Source of the DNA: Botryllus schlosseri
Taxonomy: Eukaryota
Length of the DNA stretch: 64,000 nucleotides
Assembly: GCA_051294905.1 (NCBI GenBank)
Contig: CM119371.1
Coordinates: forward strand, 11,100,001-11,164,000
Direction: 5' to 3'
Part shown: positions 61,700 to 64,000 of the stretch, in pieces
Numbering within the stretch: position 1 is the stretch's first letter
How the letters are laid out: each line of letters opens with the position of its first letter
The notes under the pieces: model-generated
What the model was told of the DNA's origin: nothing
The model's input: only the letters and a program-made list of their open reading frames with translations
Databases searched by the model: none
Translations under genes and position numbers: made by a program

Positions 61700-64000
61700 T
61701 TCTGTTACGGAAAATATTTGGAAAATGTCGCCCGATTCATACCCGGCCAATTACACTGGTGTATACTGCGGTCATAATGTTACATTTTAGCAAGGAATCT
61801 GCATATCGCTTCACGTCGCATTCCAGTCAAATGCATGACTTTTACTGTATCAAGGAGAGCAGAAGAGTTTAATGAAGAAGTACTTCTACTTTTGAAAGTA
61901 CTTAAGTAGGTTATTTTCAGTCAGTCTTGGAAATCGCTACAGATGTGTTTTAGAGGACTAGCAATTTATACCATTAGTTCCATATCAAATTGAGGATCAA
62001 TACCGAGTACATCAACCAGCTCTGAAGAAAATCGCAATGGCATTTTTCTTCATATTCGCTATCGTTCGCACCAGAATAATGAAAGTAGCTGCAGAGTTGA
62101 TGAGAAGGATCGTAGACAAATAAACAAAAGAATATCAACCTGTAGGATATCGAAACCAAGACATATAGATGTCAAGAAGACAAACATGGTAGAGCGGAGA
62201 GGTGCAGCAGAAATAGTAAGATACCAGTGTTGGGATCAAGTCATTACCTTCGAGTCACGAGTCATTTCGAGTCATTGCACATTTTGACTCGAGTCAAGTC
62301 AAGTCAATCGGTTTTCGAAGGTGACTCGAGTCAAGTCAAGTCACTCGATTTTTGGAGGTGACTCGAGTCAAGTCGAGTCAAGTCAAGTCAAGTCACGAGT
62401 CAAGTCAAAATTCAAGTCAAGTTGCCTTTTCGTAGTATGAGACATGATTACGTCATTACATTTTGCTAGCTGTCTGAAATACAGATTGAGTGGTCATTGA
62501 TTTTGAACCGATGAACGAATATCGAGTTGAATATACACCCAAAAAGGCGCTGTATCGCTCACATATATGTAGTCTCAGTTTATAGTTACCGACAGAAATA
62601 GAGAATAGAGAAACGAATTGATAAGATGCAATACATTACCCATTTACATATTGATATGATACAATTCGAGCCTGCGCCAATGGTTGAGGAGTATATAAGC
62701 TATATTCGAATTCAAAATCAATAAAACAAGAGGTTTGGTTAAGGTAGATAATTTTCTATTATATGAATTTACTACTAGTTTACGACAACAATAAGCTGTA
62801 AGGTTCGATCACTTCGTTGTGGTCAATTTATTTGTAAGAGAACAATGGAGGCTCAGTGAAAAGCACGATCATTGAATGATTGGTCGCTGTCACGGGTTAC
62901 ACCATTGTTTTGCGAACAGTCCGAACATATGCAAGATACAGCGATTTTTATCGACACCGATTAATTGATGACTTGAAATTGACTCGTGAATTTTGCTCCG
63001 AGTCACGAGTCAATCCACATTTCTGATACGCCGAGTCAAGTCACGTCAAGTCATTTTAGCAAAGTGACTCGAGTCAAGTCAAGTCATGCGAAAAAGGTGA
63101 CTCGAGTCATCCCAACACTGTAAGATACATAAACAGAAAACATCGTGATTCCGTAATCAAAATCAATTCTCAAAACAGGGCACGTGTAAAAGCAAATATA
63201 TCACAAATCATATTTCATATTGACGTAATTTCATAGCAGTGAAGTGATATTCCGGGATAAATGAAATATTTCAGTACCAAATTTATCGCCCAACGCAGTG
63301 CTCGTGTCTATAACAATATAATCGAAATACAGTCGAAGTGCCGAATATGACTCAAACTCTAACATAAATGAAAAGGCATGTCACATATCATCGCTGCGAG
63401 AAACGAAATCGCTTGGGCCAACCTTTTAACATATCCTAGTCCAGGGTTTGTGATCAGCACCCAGCTGAAACTCGTAATCTCTATCGTTATTTGACCGAAA
63501 CTGCATTTTCACGATTCAGCTTCTAAATACCCGACCGAAAAACATGAAAATTGCAACTATAAAACATAAAAATGAATGAAAGTCACATCAATTGAACGTG
63601 CGACTCGTCTATACGCTTTACAGTCTTTGGTGAATGTATAACAACACATCATTCGCATTGGATATCGATTTTCGCTTTTCGTCACCGCGAACATCGCGCG
63701 ATGGGGAAAAATATTGGTTTGAAATGACTAAAAATCACATCGCTGTCTCGGGCGCAGTCTCAGATCGGTGTCGGCGAATACCCTGCCACTCCAATAGGTT
63801 TAACATAAATTGCAGGACGGAACCATGTAGTGAATTCATCATGAAACCATATTTTTATGCGTTCTCGTGTAGCGAAATGACGAAACAAATCAGTTGGATA
63901 TTGATCCAATCATCTCTCAGACGCATATGCCAACAGATTATCGCACTTACGGTATTGTACAGCGCGCACCCCCCAAAATGTTTTATATTAATCGTAGGTG
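61700..64000 (-). pseudogene. GPCR-like multi-pass membrane protein pseudogene remnant (split by MITE)
   Basis: A mostly open frame across the MITE's empty site gives SFLCFIVAIFMFFG...ITMFSVYVSYYFCCTSPLYHVCLL...G*YSFVYLSTILLINSAATFIIL (TM5/6/7-like; compare LPINSAxNP). Confidence 0.4.
62225..63120. mobile_element. GAGTC-array hAT MITE, complete copy
   Basis: TIR CAGTGTTGGGAT...ATCCCAACACTG, perfect TSD TAAGATAC. Confidence 0.92.

Overview
Eukaryotic (animal-like; probably a marine invertebrate, inferred from the TE repertoire) AT-rich window in which I found no intact host gene. Most of it is densely nested transposons. These include many hAT MITE families with 8-bp TSDs, decayed hAT-, hATm- and Academ-like transposase genes, a 5'-truncated Penelope-like retroelement (RT + GIY-YIG) with a hammerhead-like motif, an R4/Dong-like 3' fragment, a Galileo/P-like foldback and tRNA-derived SINEs. 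The DNA between the insertions appears to be a minus-strand tandem array of five or six heavily decayed LRR-containing GPCR (LGR-like) pseudogenes, including an old segmental duplication (~1.8-14.3 kb vs ~21.2-35.3 kb). The most unusual structure is a foldback derivative of the hATm-like transposon, present twice, that carries the element's 5' end plus a transposase fragment as a large inverted duplication (Mu killer-like). All family assignments are by-eye motif recognition, not database searches.
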